A DNA stretch of 64,000 nt from Chitinophagaceae bacterium (lineage in GTDB: Bacteria; Bacteroidota; Bacteroidia; Chitinophagales; Chitinophagaceae). The stretch lies in the NCBI GenBank assembly GCA_025360525.1, contig JANYCA010000144.1, forward strand, positions 12,071 to 76,070, given 5' to 3'. Each line of letters begins with the position of its first letter. Position 1 is the first letter of the stretch. Below, piece by piece: positions 51,005 to 61,593 of this stretch. The notes under the pieces are model-generated. The model ran no database searches and was not told where the DNA came from. It saw only the letters and a program-made list of their open reading frames with translations. The position numbers were made by a program, and so were the translations under genes.

Positions 51005-53153
51005 TTATTGAATAGAAAACTCCTTTTTCAATAATGCTTCCCGGGCATTTTTACCAATACTTACAGCATATTTTCCGGCATACAGCTTCCAGCTATTAGT
51101 TGCTTTATCCCATTTTTGTAGTTCGTTTACAGGTACAGACAGACTAACTACTTTTACCTTTCCTTTACTGATACTAATTTTTTTAAATGCCTTCAATTCT
51201 TTTAGCGGCATTCTTTCTAACCCAGGATAATCAATGTACACCTGCACTAATTCATCAGCATCAAACTTCCCAGTATTGGCCACATTTAATGTAAAACGAA
51301 TGGTATCCTGCAATTGATAAGTAGCAGCTGGTTGCTGTTGCCAGCTATAGTCAAAAGTTGTATAGCTTAGTCCAAAACCAAAAGGATATTGAACTTTCCC
51401 ATCAAAATAACGGTAGGTTCTCCCCTTGAGTGCATAGTTTTCATAAGCCGGTAAATCATTAAAAGACTGGTAAAAAGTGAGCGGCAATCTGCCGGAAGGC
51501 GAGGCTTTTCCAAATAAAATATCGGCGAGTGCATTGCCACCCTGCTCGCCCGGATACCAGGCATAAATGATAGCATCGGCATACGCTTCAATGGCTGAAA
51601 CATCTACTAAACTTCCGGCGGTTATTACAACAATTACAGGTTTCTTATTGGCCTTTTTTAACGCTTTCAAAAATGCAATATGACTGGCGGGCAGACTTAT
51701 ATTTTTTTTATCGCCTCCACCGGCTGCTAAAAATGCATCGCCTTCTTCTCCCTCGTATACGGGCGAAAGTCCTACTACAGCCACCGTTACATCGGCATTG
51801 CCTGCTGCCCATATGCCGCCAAAATGGCTGGTATCATTGTAATCACATCCCATATCATATTCAACTCTTGTACCTGCATCTACTGCATTGGTAATACCTT
51901 CTACAAAGTTTACCGCATGGCCACTTACGCCATGATAATTACCCAGCAACGCATCTAACGAAGCAGCATTGGGGCCAACCACCATTATGGCACCATACTT
52001 CTTTTTATCCAGTGGCAAAAGCTGTTTGTCATTTTTTAGCAACACCATGCTTTGCTGAGCCATTTTTCTTGCAATGCTAATATGGTATTGGTTGCTCACA
52101 CTATCTGCAGCAAATTTTGCGTACGGATTTTTACTGGCATCATCATAAAAACCCAGTTTAAATTGGGTTCGTAAAATACCCGCCAATGCGCTGTCCACTT
52201 CTTTTTTCTGTTAGCAGGTTTTGCTGAATGGCATTCATCACATCATCCTGCAGCATATTACTGCAATCCAGGTTAACACCGGCTTTAATAGCAGCCGCAG
52301 CTACTGCTACACTATTGGGCAAAACTTTATGTCTTAGCCAAATATCCTCCAGTGCCCAACAATCTGTTACTACATGGCCTTTGAATTTCCACTCTTTTCT
52401 AAGTACGTTTTGCAGCAGTGTATTTCCGGTACAGCAGGGCTCATCATTAACCCTGTTATAGCCACACATCACAGATTCCACACCTGCATCTACCAGTTTC
52501 TTAAAAGCATACAGGTAGGTTTCCCTCAAATCTTTTTCATCCACCACAGCATTAAAAGTATGGCGCCCGGCTTCTGGCCCGCTATGTACCGCAAAGTGTT
52601 TTGCACAAGCAGCAGTTTTCAGGTATTTTTTATCGTTACCCTGCAAACCTTTTACAAATGCAGTACCCATCCTTGCTGTAAGAAAAGGGTCTTCACCATA
52701 AGTCTCCTGGCCCCTGCCCCACCTTGGATCTCTGAAAATATTGATATTGGGCGACCAGAAAGTAAGCCCCATGTATTGCAAACGCCTGTCTTGCTTTACT
52801 GCTAAATTATACTTTGCCCTTGCCTCTGTAGAAATAATTGTTGCAGCTTCATATAGCAGGGCATCATTAAAAGTAGCAGCCATGCCTATCGCCTGCGGAA
52901 ATACAGTTGCCTTGCCTGCTCTTGCCACGCCATGTAAAGCCTCATTCCACCAGTTATAAGCTGGTATCCCCAGACGGGAAACTTCCTTGCTGGTATAACC
53001 CAGTAAAGAAATTTTTTCTTCGATTCTTAATCTTTTTATCAAATCCTGCACCCTTGATTCATTATTGAATTTATTGTTTAAATAAACAGGTAACTGTGCA
53101 TGCAATGTTTCAAAATTTAAAATTAACAGGATGTAAAAAAAATTTTTTTTCAT
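51005..53153 (-). pseudogene. GH3 beta-glucosidase/xylosidase with one frameshift (real or sequencing error)
   Basis: WWNEALHGV, RWGRGQETYGED, CAKHFAVH, VVTDCWA; extra base in the T6 run at 52202-52207 breaks LLTEK/EVDSAL; GEEGD, YPFGFGLSY in the second half. Confidence 0.9.
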
Positions 53154-53925
53154 GTTTTTTACGTAAAAATGAGAACCGGTAAATTAAACCTTTTTTAATA
53201 ATGCTATTTTTGTCTCTAACACTTTATATTAATTTCCTATAATAGGATTTAACCTAAATTCACCATTTGTCTTTATTCCTAAAATTGGAATTAAAGTAAT
53301 AAACTCAATATTTTTTGCATGTACTATGGCAATTTTAAACCGTGGCTTCCAAAAAATCAGGAATGTACCTCCTAAAAACTTCAGTCATTCCGTTCTTAAT
53401 TTTCCGTTCCACAGATGAAGGCTCTATAAAATGGAATATAATTTTATAGATAAATTGCTAACTAATTGAATTTAAGCGCTTTATTTTTTGGCACATGTTG
53501 TGATACTTTAGGTAAAACCTACAAAACCTTACAATAATGAAAACTGGCCTAAAATACCTAATAAAAAAGTTATAGCCTTAAAGTTGCAATATCCAATCCA
53601 ATCCTTTCCAAATCCATTCTAATTTAATTCTTTCTATTCAATCTAACTCTTTCAATTTGATTCAACTCTTTCAATTTAATTCATTCAATTCATTAAGATA
53701 AAAATGCAGTACAATTAATACTGACTCATCTTAAAATAACTTTACAATTTTGTTGATTAAACCTGTTATAAATAAAACCATTCGGTAATAATAAAGCCTT
53801 ATTGTTTATAAATCATTAGCTACTTTTTTCTGCATAATTTTTGCCCAGAATAACACCTTTTACCCGGTTACCCGGATGATTTAAAAAAATTCGATTACAT
53901 AATTTTAACCTTTAAACCATTAAAA

Positions 53926-56655
53926 ATGAAAAAAACATCTCTACTTATTCTAGTAATAAGTCTTTCCTTCTTATCTGTTTCTAAAATAAGTTTTAGTCAA
54001 ACACTTAATTTAGGAATTCTTTCCTCATTTGAAGCTTATACAGGAGCTGGAGGAATCTCAAATGCAGCTGGAGCTACCTTCACAGGCGATGCTGGTACAA
54101 ATATTGGAATTATTACCGGATTTGGTGCGCCACCATCTTTTACCGGCAATACTTATAATGCTAATGCAGTAACTACACAATGCAGGGTCGATTTATTTAG
54201 GGTATATATTCACCTTAACGATCTTTTTGTTAATTTCCCTGCCACGCATGCACCTGCTTTTGGAGGTGGCGAAACACTTGTACCTGGAGTTTATTCCATA
54301 CCTGGAGCAGGATCTTTAGGAGGAGCTATTACGCTTGATGGGGGAGGAAATCCCAACGCTTACTTTATAATTAAATTTTACGGAGCAATGACCGTAGGAG
54401 CAGGCGCAACGGTTACTTTAACTAATGGAACTCAATCTTGTAATGTTTTTTGGATTGCTGAAGGAGCTATTTCTGTAGCGGCAAGTGCAAATGTAAAAGG
54501 ATCTTTATTTGCAAAGATAGGAGCCGTTGGTCTTGGTGCAGGTGCTGTTCTTGAAGGAAGAATGCTTACACTAGAAGGCGCAATAGTTACTGGAGTTGGT
54601 GCTGCTGTAAGTCCACCTCCTGGTATTAGTACCATTCCTATATTTTGTGAAACTAACTGTAGCCCTGCAGCTGCTGTAGATGTTTTGGGCGTTCTTTCAA
54701 ACTTTGCACTGTATACTAATTTAGGTGCTGTATCAAATACAAGTACATCGGGAATTGATGGTAATATTGGTGCAGATGCCGGCGGTGTAAGTGGTTATGA
54801 ATCTTCAGTTATTGTGGGGTCCTTTAATACTGCAACTGCTCTTACAGCACAAGCGAACATTGATATTAATAATGCTTATACTGCACTTATGGCGCTGCCA
54901 AATACTAAAACACATGCGGCAGCTTTTGGAGTTGGAGAAACAATTACTGCCGGAGTTTATCCCATAAATGGAGCAGGATCTTTATCAGGAACAATCATCT
55001 TAGATGCAGAAAATAATCCAAATGCAATATTTGTTTTTAAGTTTGCTGGCGCATTTGGAGTTGCAGCACAATCAAAAATAATTTTAGCTAATGGAGCTCG
55101 TCGTTGTAATGTTTATTGGATTGGTGGAGCTGGAGTAGCTACAGGTGCCGTTAGTATTGGAGCGGGCGCTGTTTTGAAAGGAACATTTCTTTCTCATGGC
55201 GGAGCTTGTGGCTCAGGAGCAGGTGTGTTTTTATCAGGCCGACTGCTTTCTACCGGTGGCGCTGTTACTAGTTATTCGGGTATAATTTATAATAATCCAG
55301 TTTGTGTTACTTCAACATCTTTGGGGGCGCCTGTTTTATTAGCCGTAACAGATATTACAGCAGCAGTAAATGGATTAACAGGAGGAAATACAACAGCATT
55401 AACTTCAAATGATCTTATAAATGGAACTCCGGTAGTTATTGGTACAGCTGCAGGAAATGTTTCCCTAACAGGAGTTACTGTTCCAGCAGGATTAACATTA
55501 AATGCAAATGGTACCGTTACCGTTGCACCAAATACTGCTGCAGGAAATTATAGCCTTACTTATAAAATTTGTGAATTTAGCAATTCAGCTAATTGTAGTT
55601 CGGTAACCTCTACTATTGTGGTTTCAGCTGCTGTTATTGTTGCTGTAGTGGATAATACACCTGCAGTAAATGGACAAACAGGAGGTACTACACCTTCATT
55701 AACTTTAAATGATCTTTTAAATGGGAATCCGGTAGTTATTGGAACTGCATCAGGAAATGTTATCCTAACAGGAGTTACTGTACCATTAGGATTTGTATTA
55801 AATCCTAATGGTACCGTTACTATTGCACCCAATACCCCAGCAGGAAGTTATAACCTTACGTATAAAATTTGCGAAGTTAGCAACCCAACTAACTGTAGTT
55901 CGGTAACCTCTGCAATTGTTGTTTCTGCAGCAGTTATAGTTGCAGTAGCAGATACACCAGCTGCAATTAATGGTACTTCAGGAGTTACTAACATAGTTAA
56001 TGTATTAGCAAACGATCTTTTAAATGGTACACCAGTTACTATTGCTCAAGTTAATTTATCAACAGTTACGCCTAACGCTAATTTAATATTAAATGCAGAT
56101 GGTTCTGTAGATGTAGCACCAAACACTCCAGCAGGCACTTATACATTAACGTATAAAATTTGCGAAAAACTTAATCCAACCAATTGCAATTCGGCTACGT
56201 TAACGGTACCAGTTTTCAATAAATTTCCAGACTTTATTCCAACAATAGATATTAATGATTTAATATTTTCATCTACAGCACCGACAAAAGATTTTGTTGT
56301 AAATATAGGTGAAATAGGAGGTGTGCCTTCGGCTGGTCAGGTTGTTGTAAAAATTACTAAACTTTCTGCATTTACGATTACCTATGGAGCTGCAACTACT
56401 ACTGCTAATGGTGGTGTTACAGTTAATAACAGCAATTGGACAATAACTGAAACTGATTTTATTATTACAATGACATTAAAAGCAGGTGTTACAATTGGAT
56501 CAAATTCAAAATCAGCTATTGGTTTTACTTTGACTCTTAAACCAAATGTTCCAACACAAACTACGCAACCAATTACTGCTTCAATAGTAAACGGTTCAGG
56601 ATCTGATAGTAATAATACTAATAATACTTACAGTACTGTTGTTAAAGCTCAATAA
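53926..56655 (+). CDS. Secreted ice-binding-like protein: two DUF3494 domains, three ~100-aa Ig-like repeats, C-terminal beta domain
   Basis: Signal peptide; two copies of GVY..GAGSL.G.I.LD...NPNA.F..K..GA, LxNG..CNV(F/Y)W; NDL.NG..TYKICE repeats at 55408, 55708, 56011. Confidence 0.85.
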   Translation: MKKTSLLILVISLSFLSVSKISFSQTLNLGILSSFEAYTGAGGISNAAGATFTGDAGTNIGIITGFGAPPSFTGNTYNANAVTTQCRVDLFRVYIHLNDLFVNFPATHAPAFGGGETLVPGVYSIPGAGSLGGAITLDGGGNPNAYFIIKFYGAMTVGAGATVTLTNGTQSCNVFWIAEGAISVAASANVKGSLFAKIGAVGLGAGAVLEGRMLTLEGAIVTGVGAAVSPPPGISTIPIFCETNCSPAAAVDVLGVLSNFALYTNLGAVSNTSTSGIDGNIGADAGGVSGYESSVIVGSFNTATALTAQANIDINNAYTALMALPNTKTHAAAFGVGETITAGVYPINGAGSLSGTIILDAENNPNAIFVFKFAGAFGVAAQSKIILANGARRCNVYWIGGAGVATGAVSIGAGAVLKGTFLSHGGACGSGAGVFLSGRLLSTGGAVTSYSGIIYNNPVCVTSTSLGAPVLLAVTDITAAVNGLTGGNTTALTSNDLINGTPVVIGTAAGNVSLTGVTVPAGLTLNANGTVTVAPNTAAGNYSLTYKICEFSNSANCSSVTSTIVVSAAVIVAVVDNTPAVNGQTGGTTPSLTLNDLLNGNPVVIGTASGNVILTGVTVPLGFVLNPNGTVTIAPNTPAGSYNLTYKICEVSNPTNCSSVTSAIVVSAAVIVAVADTPAAINGTSGVTNIVNVLANDLLNGTPVTIAQVNLSTVTPNANLILNADGSVDVAPNTPAGTYTLTYKICEKLNPTNCNSATLTVPVFNKFPDFIPTIDINDLIFSSTAPTKDFVVNIGEIGGVPSAGQVVVKITKLSAFTITYGAATTTANGGVTVNNSNWTITETDFIITMTLKAGVTIGSNSKSAIGFTLTLKPNVPTQTTQPITASIVNGSGSDSNNTNNTYSTVVKAQ

Positions 56656-56680
56656 GTATGATTTTAATTAAGCAACCATA

Positions 56681-58858
56681 ATGTCAACAATAAATAATAA
56701 GATTATGAATACTATAAATAAATTAATACTGCTGTTTTTTGTTGTGTTTGTGTTTATACAAAAAGGATATACACAAAATGCAGATCCTGGAATTGGGATT
56801 ATAATGGGCCCAGGAAGTTTGCAAAAAGGTTCTACAGGAATTTTGACTGCTAACGTTGGTAATTATGCTAACTCAGCTATAGTTAGTAATTCGTTAAGAG
56901 TTACAATTAGTATTGGTTCCGATGCTGAAATTCTAGGCATTGCTTCAGGAAGCGACACTCGTTGGAGTCAATTGAATTTAACAACTGGTTCTGCAAACAC
57001 CATAAAATTAACAAACACAGGTGGAGGTTTTAATCCATTTGATTTGGGAAATATATTGCTGACTGTAAGAGGTAATGTAGTCAGCAGTCCTGATGTTATT
57101 TTAGGGAATATTGTATATATTTCAGCTTCTAATTCTTTATTATGCGGAGGTTGTATTTCACCTCCACTAAATGCTTCTCAAGGAAATGCCAGTACTTCGA
57201 ATGATAATTCACAAACAAGTTTAACTGTAACCTGCTTTCAAGATCCAAAACCAGTAAAAGTAAACTGTTGGGATAATTTTGTTTACAACATATCTACTTG
57301 TTCCTGGACAAATACTGGTACACAAGCAGTACAACCAGCTAAAGTAAACTGTTGGGATAATTTCGTTTTCAACACAACTAGCTGTGCATGGATAAATTCT
57401 GGTACACAACCAATTCAACCAGCTAAAGTAAACTGTTGGGATAATTTTGTTTTCAACACTACTACCTGTGCCTGGATAAATTCTGGTACACAACCAGTTC
57501 AACCAGCTAAAGTAAACTGTTGGGATAATTTTGTTTTCAACACTTCTACCTGTGCCTGGAAAAATACTGGTACACAACCGGTTCAACCAACATTAGGTAC
57601 GGTAACACAGCCAAACTGTACTACAGCTACAGGAAGTTTTACCATAACCAATTATAACGCGGCATTCGCTTATGTGGTAACTCCATCAACAGGAGTAAGC
57701 GTTTCAGTAAATACGGTAACGGCGCCGGCTGGAAGTTATACGGTAACGGCAACATCAGGAGCTTGTACTTCGATTCTTTCTGCCAGTGTAACTGTAAATG
57801 CACAACCAGCAAAACCTGCTGCTCCTACCGTTTCAGTTACCCAACCTACTTGTATAACGCCAACAGGAACTATTACAATTACTGCACCAACAGGAACAGG
57901 TTTAACGTATAGCATTAACAACGTTACTTACCAAAGTGGAATTAGTTTTGCTGGTATACCTTCTGGTAGTTGTATAGTTACAGTTAAAAATGCTGCTGGA
58001 TGTGTTTCAACGGCAACTTTAGCAGTAATTAATGCGACACCGACGATTTGTAATGTTGCTGGTATTTTCAATTCAACAAAAACTTGTACCGATTATAGAA
58101 ATAATGCGGGCACTCAATTGTTAAGCCAGTTATGTTATACTACTACAGCTAGTACAATTTCTACTGTAAATCCTTTACAGTTCTTTTACATTACTAGTGT
58201 AATTGCACCATCTGCCAATTTCACTATTAATATTGTACAAACAAAATCATCAGGTAGTTTAGCTTTATTTGCTATACAAAATAACAATCAAATTAATTTG
58301 TATAATAACAGTTGCACTTTAGTAGCAACAGGAGTACAAGTTTCATTAGGTCTTGGCAGAGTCTGTGTTACTAATGCTATTGCGGGAAATCAATATGTAC
58401 TATCAGTAGCATACGATACTAAATCGGTTATAGGTGCACCGTTTTCTGGAACTGCTCCTACAGTTTTATACTCATTTCAAAGTAATATCAGCGGGATAAC
58501 TTTAGCAGGAAGTAGCACAAGTATTAATATGGTGCCAAATTGTAGTTCCGCAGCACGTGCTCCGGTAGCTTTAGGTGCAACAAAAGTTGAAATAGTTAAA
58601 ACACTTAAAGCAACTGCCTATCCAAATCCTTTCATTGGCAAGTTTAGTTTAAATATCAAGTCACCTGAAAGTGGAATGGCAACCATACAATTCTTCAACA
58701 TCTACGGATCAATGATTTATGAAATGAAGCATTTTGTTCAGTCTGGAATGGATAATGTAGTGGAAATAAAAGAGGCCACTAAATTTAAATCCAACGTTAT
58801 TTATAAGATAAACCTGGAAGGATATCATACAAGTGGAATGCTTGTTAAGCCTAACTGA
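56681..58858 (+). CDS. T9SS-secreted protein with Cys-rich tandem repeats, SprB-like repeats and a type A C-terminal domain
   Basis: Signal peptide (likely start 56705); VTQPNCTTATG/VTQPTCITPTG; TAYPNPF..SLNI CTD. Confidence 0.82.
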   Translation: MSTINNKIMNTINKLILLFFVVFVFIQKGYTQNADPGIGIIMGPGSLQKGSTGILTANVGNYANSAIVSNSLRVTISIGSDAEILGIASGSDTRWSQLNLTTGSANTIKLTNTGGGFNPFDLGNILLTVRGNVVSSPDVILGNIVYISASNSLLCGGCISPPLNASQGNASTSNDNSQTSLTVTCFQDPKPVKVNCWDNFVYNISTCSWTNTGTQAVQPAKVNCWDNFVFNTTSCAWINSGTQPIQPAKVNCWDNFVFNTTTCAWINSGTQPVQPAKVNCWDNFVFNTSTCAWKNTGTQPVQPTLGTVTQPNCTTATGSFTITNYNAAFAYVVTPSTGVSVSVNTVTAPAGSYTVTATSGACTSILSASVTVNAQPAKPAAPTVSVTQPTCITPTGTITITAPTGTGLTYSINNVTYQSGISFAGIPSGSCIVTVKNAAGCVSTATLAVINATPTICNVAGIFNSTKTCTDYRNNAGTQLLSQLCYTTTASTISTVNPLQFFYITSVIAPSANFTINIVQTKSSGSLALFAIQNNNQINLYNNSCTLVATGVQVSLGLGRVCVTNAIAGNQYVLSVAYDTKSVIGAPFSGTAPTVLYSFQSNISGITLAGSSTSINMVPNCSSAARAPVALGATKVEIVKTLKATAYPNPFIGKFSLNIKSPESGMATIQFFNIYGSMIYEMKHFVQSGMDNVVEIKEATKFKSNVIYKINLEGYHTSGMLVKPN
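57248..57587 (+). repeat. Four in-frame 84-bp tandem repeats (28 aa, QPAKVNCWDNFVFNTTxCAWxNxGTQPx)
   Basis: GTAAACTGTTGGGATAATTT at 57260, 57344, 57428, 57512. Confidence 0.95.
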
Positions 58859-58882
58859 TAAATATCTTTTATAATTAAAAAC

Positions 58883-58918
58883 AAAAAGCTGCCCTCCAAA
58901 AAGAGGGTAGCTTTTTTT
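58883..58918 (+). terminator. Rho-independent terminator
   Basis: AAAAAGCTGCCCTC-CAAAAA-GAGGGTAGCTTTTTTT. Confidence 0.85.
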
Positions 58919-58993
58919 ATGAATAAACTTTTTTGAATTCAACTGTTCATCCAAGATTTGCAATAGAATAATTTATGTCAGTCTGTCTTAATT

Positions 58994-59295
58994 TTGGGAA
59001 TGATTATGCAACATGCATATAGCGATAATATGGTAACTCTCTGGGGCGAAATGAAGGAGATGAAAATGCTGATAGACAAATCAGGTATCCGCAACAAACT
59101 CCTTGAGCTAGGTTTGCCACAAGGCAAGAGCAATAACAGTATTGATGCGACAAGTATTATCGAAAGTTTTTGGGTAGGCATCTGGATAGGTTGTTTTAGG
59201 TTTAGCCACACAGCCGTGGTGCGCTTAGATAAAGTGTTGCGTCAGATATTTGGCTGGAAACGAGTAGCATCAGGTACTACCTTTGAAAGGTTCTT
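58994..59295 (+). mobile_element. Truncated IS1380-family transposase remnant (N-terminal ~100 aa)
   Basis: VTLWGEMKEM..IDKSGIR..LPQGKSN..IIESFWVGIWIG..RFSHT..QIFGWKR..TTFERFF, then similarity stops. Confidence 0.75.
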
Positions 59296-59747
59296 TCTTA
59301 CATCACTTTTACTATTGCCTGTTACATTAATAATATAGGTATTTACAAACTTTATATCGGCATTTTCAATAAGGCTAAAAAGCTTATCCAGCCTAGCTTT
59401 ATCTACTTCCTTCAACATAAATAAAAAAATATTGATAAAATTTAACCATTGTTGAACCGGTTGACCCGTGCCTTTAAAACTGCCATCAATTCGGCAATGA
59501 TCTTCGTAACAAATTCCCTTCGTTACTCAACTGTCTTTAATTTGTAGATGCCTAACCCCTAAGCCCGTTTGATAGCGTTTACCTTTCTCGTAGAAATAAT
59601 AATTAATGTAACAATTAACTGCCACAGATGCGGCAGCACCCTTTCAATTTTTGAGATAAACTGCTGGATCGGAACACCTGCAACTATTTGGGAGTTGTAT
59701 CATTTTAGCAAGGTTTTTAGCAATGTCTAAATAATTCTTAATACATT

Positions 59748-59780
59748 AAAAAAGTCGCAACTCAATGTGGTAGCGGCTTT
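59748..59780 (-). terminator. Terminator-like hairpin downstream of tRNA-derived copy B
   Basis: Minus strand AAAGCCGC..GCGACTTTTTT. Confidence 0.55.
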
Positions 59781-59786
59781 GATGGG

Positions 59787-59854
59787 TGAACCGGATTGGA
59801 TTCGAACCAATGACCCTGCCGATTAAAAATCGGGATGCCCTATCCAACTGAGCT
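59787..59854 (-). repeat. tRNA-Arg-derived copy B: D-arm, hairpin in place of the anticodon arm, T-arm and 3' acceptor strand
   Basis: 59786-59817 identical to 60130-60161; AGCTCAGTTGGATAG retained; no 5' acceptor strand. Confidence 0.85.
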
Positions 59855-60091
59855 TATTAAAGTTTCGATATACTTTCTGCTTTTTTGTTTTTTGATGTAC
59901 GTTTCTCTTCTTCTGGCATCTAATAATTCAGTAAATATTTCGGCGTGAACTAATACCCAGGGACAACCTGTCTTTGTAAATTTTTCTTTCCCCCGGTTGT
60001 GATCTTCCAAACGACGAGGCATATCTGTTGTGGAACCAACATAATACTTATTGAGCTTTTCACTAAAAAATATGTAACAGTAGAATGGCAT
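59840..60091 (-). CDS. Small GIY-YIG nuclease family protein (83 aa)
   Basis: FYCYIFFS..KYYVGST..RRLEDHN..KFTK..PWVLV..E..A..RETYIK; likely start ATG 60091. Confidence 0.9.
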   Translation of the reverse strand: MPFYCYIFFSEKLNKYYVGSTTDMPRRLEDHNRGKEKFTKTGCPWVLVHAEIFTELLDARRRETYIKKQKSRKYIETLISSVG

Positions 60092-60130
60092 AACGAAAAA
60101 AAAGCTCCTGATAAAATCAGAAGCTCCAAG

Positions 60131-60204
<74 letters not shown>

Positions 60205-60224
60205 AATATAATAAACAACTCAAC

Positions 60225-60285
60225 TCGTAACCAATGACTCTCCCGATTAAAATCGGGATGCTCTATCCAACTGAGCTACCGGTCC
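60225..60285 (-). repeat. tRNA-Arg-derived copy A: 5' half, hairpin in place of the anticodon arm, truncated T-arm
   Basis: 60257-60286 identical to 60176-60205; palindrome TCCCGATTAAAATCGGGA at 60241-60258. Confidence 0.85.
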
Positions 60286-60305
60286 ATCATTTTTAAAAAT
60301 GTGTG

Positions 60306-60313
60306 CAAATATA
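60306..60313 (-). promoter_or_regulatory. Bacteroidota -7 promoter box upstream of tRNA copy A
   Basis: Minus strand TATATTTG, 20 nt upstream of the copy A 5' end. Confidence 0.6.
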
Positions 60314-60369
60314 GGGGTAATTAAGCTTTTTGAACAGCAAAAATTAATATAAAATAAGCTGTGCCTGTG

Positions 60370-61593
60370 CTATAACAGCTCCATCACCGCTTCTATTGAT
60401 GTTGATGCACCTGTAACGGAAAGCAATTTTTCAATTACATTTTCCACAATTACATCGGGGCAGCTTGCTCCACTAGTGATTAATATTTTAATGGGGGAAC
60501 TGTTGGGTAAAAAATCATTGGTTATCAGCTCCTGCTTAGTATGAAAATTAAAATGCACTATTTGATTGGCCGACATAATTTTATCAGCACTATCAATATA
60601 ATAAGTGGGCAACTTTTTTTCACATAGTTCTACCAGGTGACTGGTGTTGCTGCTGTTGTAACCACCTACAACAATGGCAAGGTGGGCAGTAGTTTCGAGC
60701 AAGCCGTAAACAGCACTTTGGTTGTCGTTGGTGGCATAGCAAAGTGTGTCCCGTGTTTCGGCAAAACGCTCTTCCAGATTATTTTCAGTTAGCTGATGGG
60801 TATCAATCATAGCCTGCTTTAAATAATCGGCAATAGCCTGCGTATCGCTGGCCAGCATGGTGGTTTGGTTAACTACGCCGATTCTTTCAAAATGCCTGCT
60901 GGCATCAAATCCCTCGGAATAGCGATCGGCAAATTCTGTGTAAAATTCAGCAGCATTTTTTTCGCCGCTGATATACTTTCCCAATGCAAAGGCCTCTTTC
61001 ATGTTATTCACCACTACCGTGGGTGTATTAGCGGCTGCATGAGAAAACGTGGCCCTTGTTTCTTCGTGGCTTGGTTTGCCATGAACGATCACCGTATAAT
61101 TCTTTTTAGCGATCTGTTCACTGCGGTTCCACACCTTTTCTACAAAAGGACAGGTGGTATTATATTGAGCTGTTTGTATTCCAATTGCATTGAGCTTTTC
61201 TTCAATGGCGAGTGTGGTGCCAAATGCAGGGATGATTACCACATCATCGCTGGTAAGATTTTCAAAAGGCACTAGTTGGTTGCCATGAGTATCCTGCAAA
61301 AACTGAACGCCACGGTCTTGCAAATCGGCATTCACCTGTGGGTTGTGAATCATTTCGCTTAATAAAAAAATTCGTTTGCCTACATTTTCTTCGATGGTTT
61401 TAAAGGCAATGTCAATAGCATTTTCTACCCCATAGCAAAACCCAAAATGGCGGGCTACATAAATGTGCAGGTTGCCAAAATCAAGCAATGTTGGCGTAAA
61501 GTCTTTTTTCATTTTATCTGCTGCCTTTCGTTTGTTTTTAACAGCAGTTATTAAAGGACTCCGGTATATTATTGGTACATTAAATTGTTTCAT
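60370..61593 (-). CDS. ispH: 4-hydroxy-3-methylbut-2-enyl diphosphate reductase
   Basis: FGFCYGVENAI, IIHNP-like MIHNP, TTCPFV, VNQTT, DTLCYAT, GGYNSSNT, TSGASCPD; start 61593 supported by a TACCTTTG box at 61614-61621. Confidence 0.95.
   Translation of the reverse strand: MKQFNVPIIYRSPLITAVKNKRKAADKMKKDFTPTLLDFGNLHIYVARHFGFCYGVENAIDIAFKTIEENVGKRIFLLSEMIHNPQVNADLQDRGVQFLQDTHGNQLVPFENLTSDDVVIIPAFGTTLAIEEKLNAIGIQTAQYNTTCPFVEKVWNRSEQIAKKNYTVIVHGKPSHEETRATFSHAAANTPTVVVNNMKEAFALGKYISGEKNAAEFYTEFADRYSEGFDASRHFERIGVVNQTTMLASDTQAIADYLKQAMIDTHQLTENNLEERFAETRDTLCYATNDNQSAVYGLLETTAHLAIVVGGYNSSNTSHLVELCEKKLPTYYIDSADKIMSANQIVHFNFHTKQELITNDFLPNSSPIKILITSGASCPDVIVENVIEKLLSVTGASTSIEAVMELL

Noticed and set aside
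53171-53180. GAGAACCGGT as the left att site matching the tRNA 3' end (GTGAACCGGA)
   Set aside because: Only 8 of 10 bases match, which is expected by chance, and there is no integrase.
53388-53409. TTCCGTTC direct repeat as a second LytTR site
   Set aside because: The period is 14 bp rather than 21, and the sequence differs from the eCIS repeats.
57248-57587. CRISPR array
   Set aside because: Units are contiguous 84-bp in-frame coding repeats without unique spacers, and no cas genes are present.
59340-59745. Possible decayed minus-strand gene remnant
   Set aside because: Short protein-like stretches interrupted by stops; no family recognisable, so not called.
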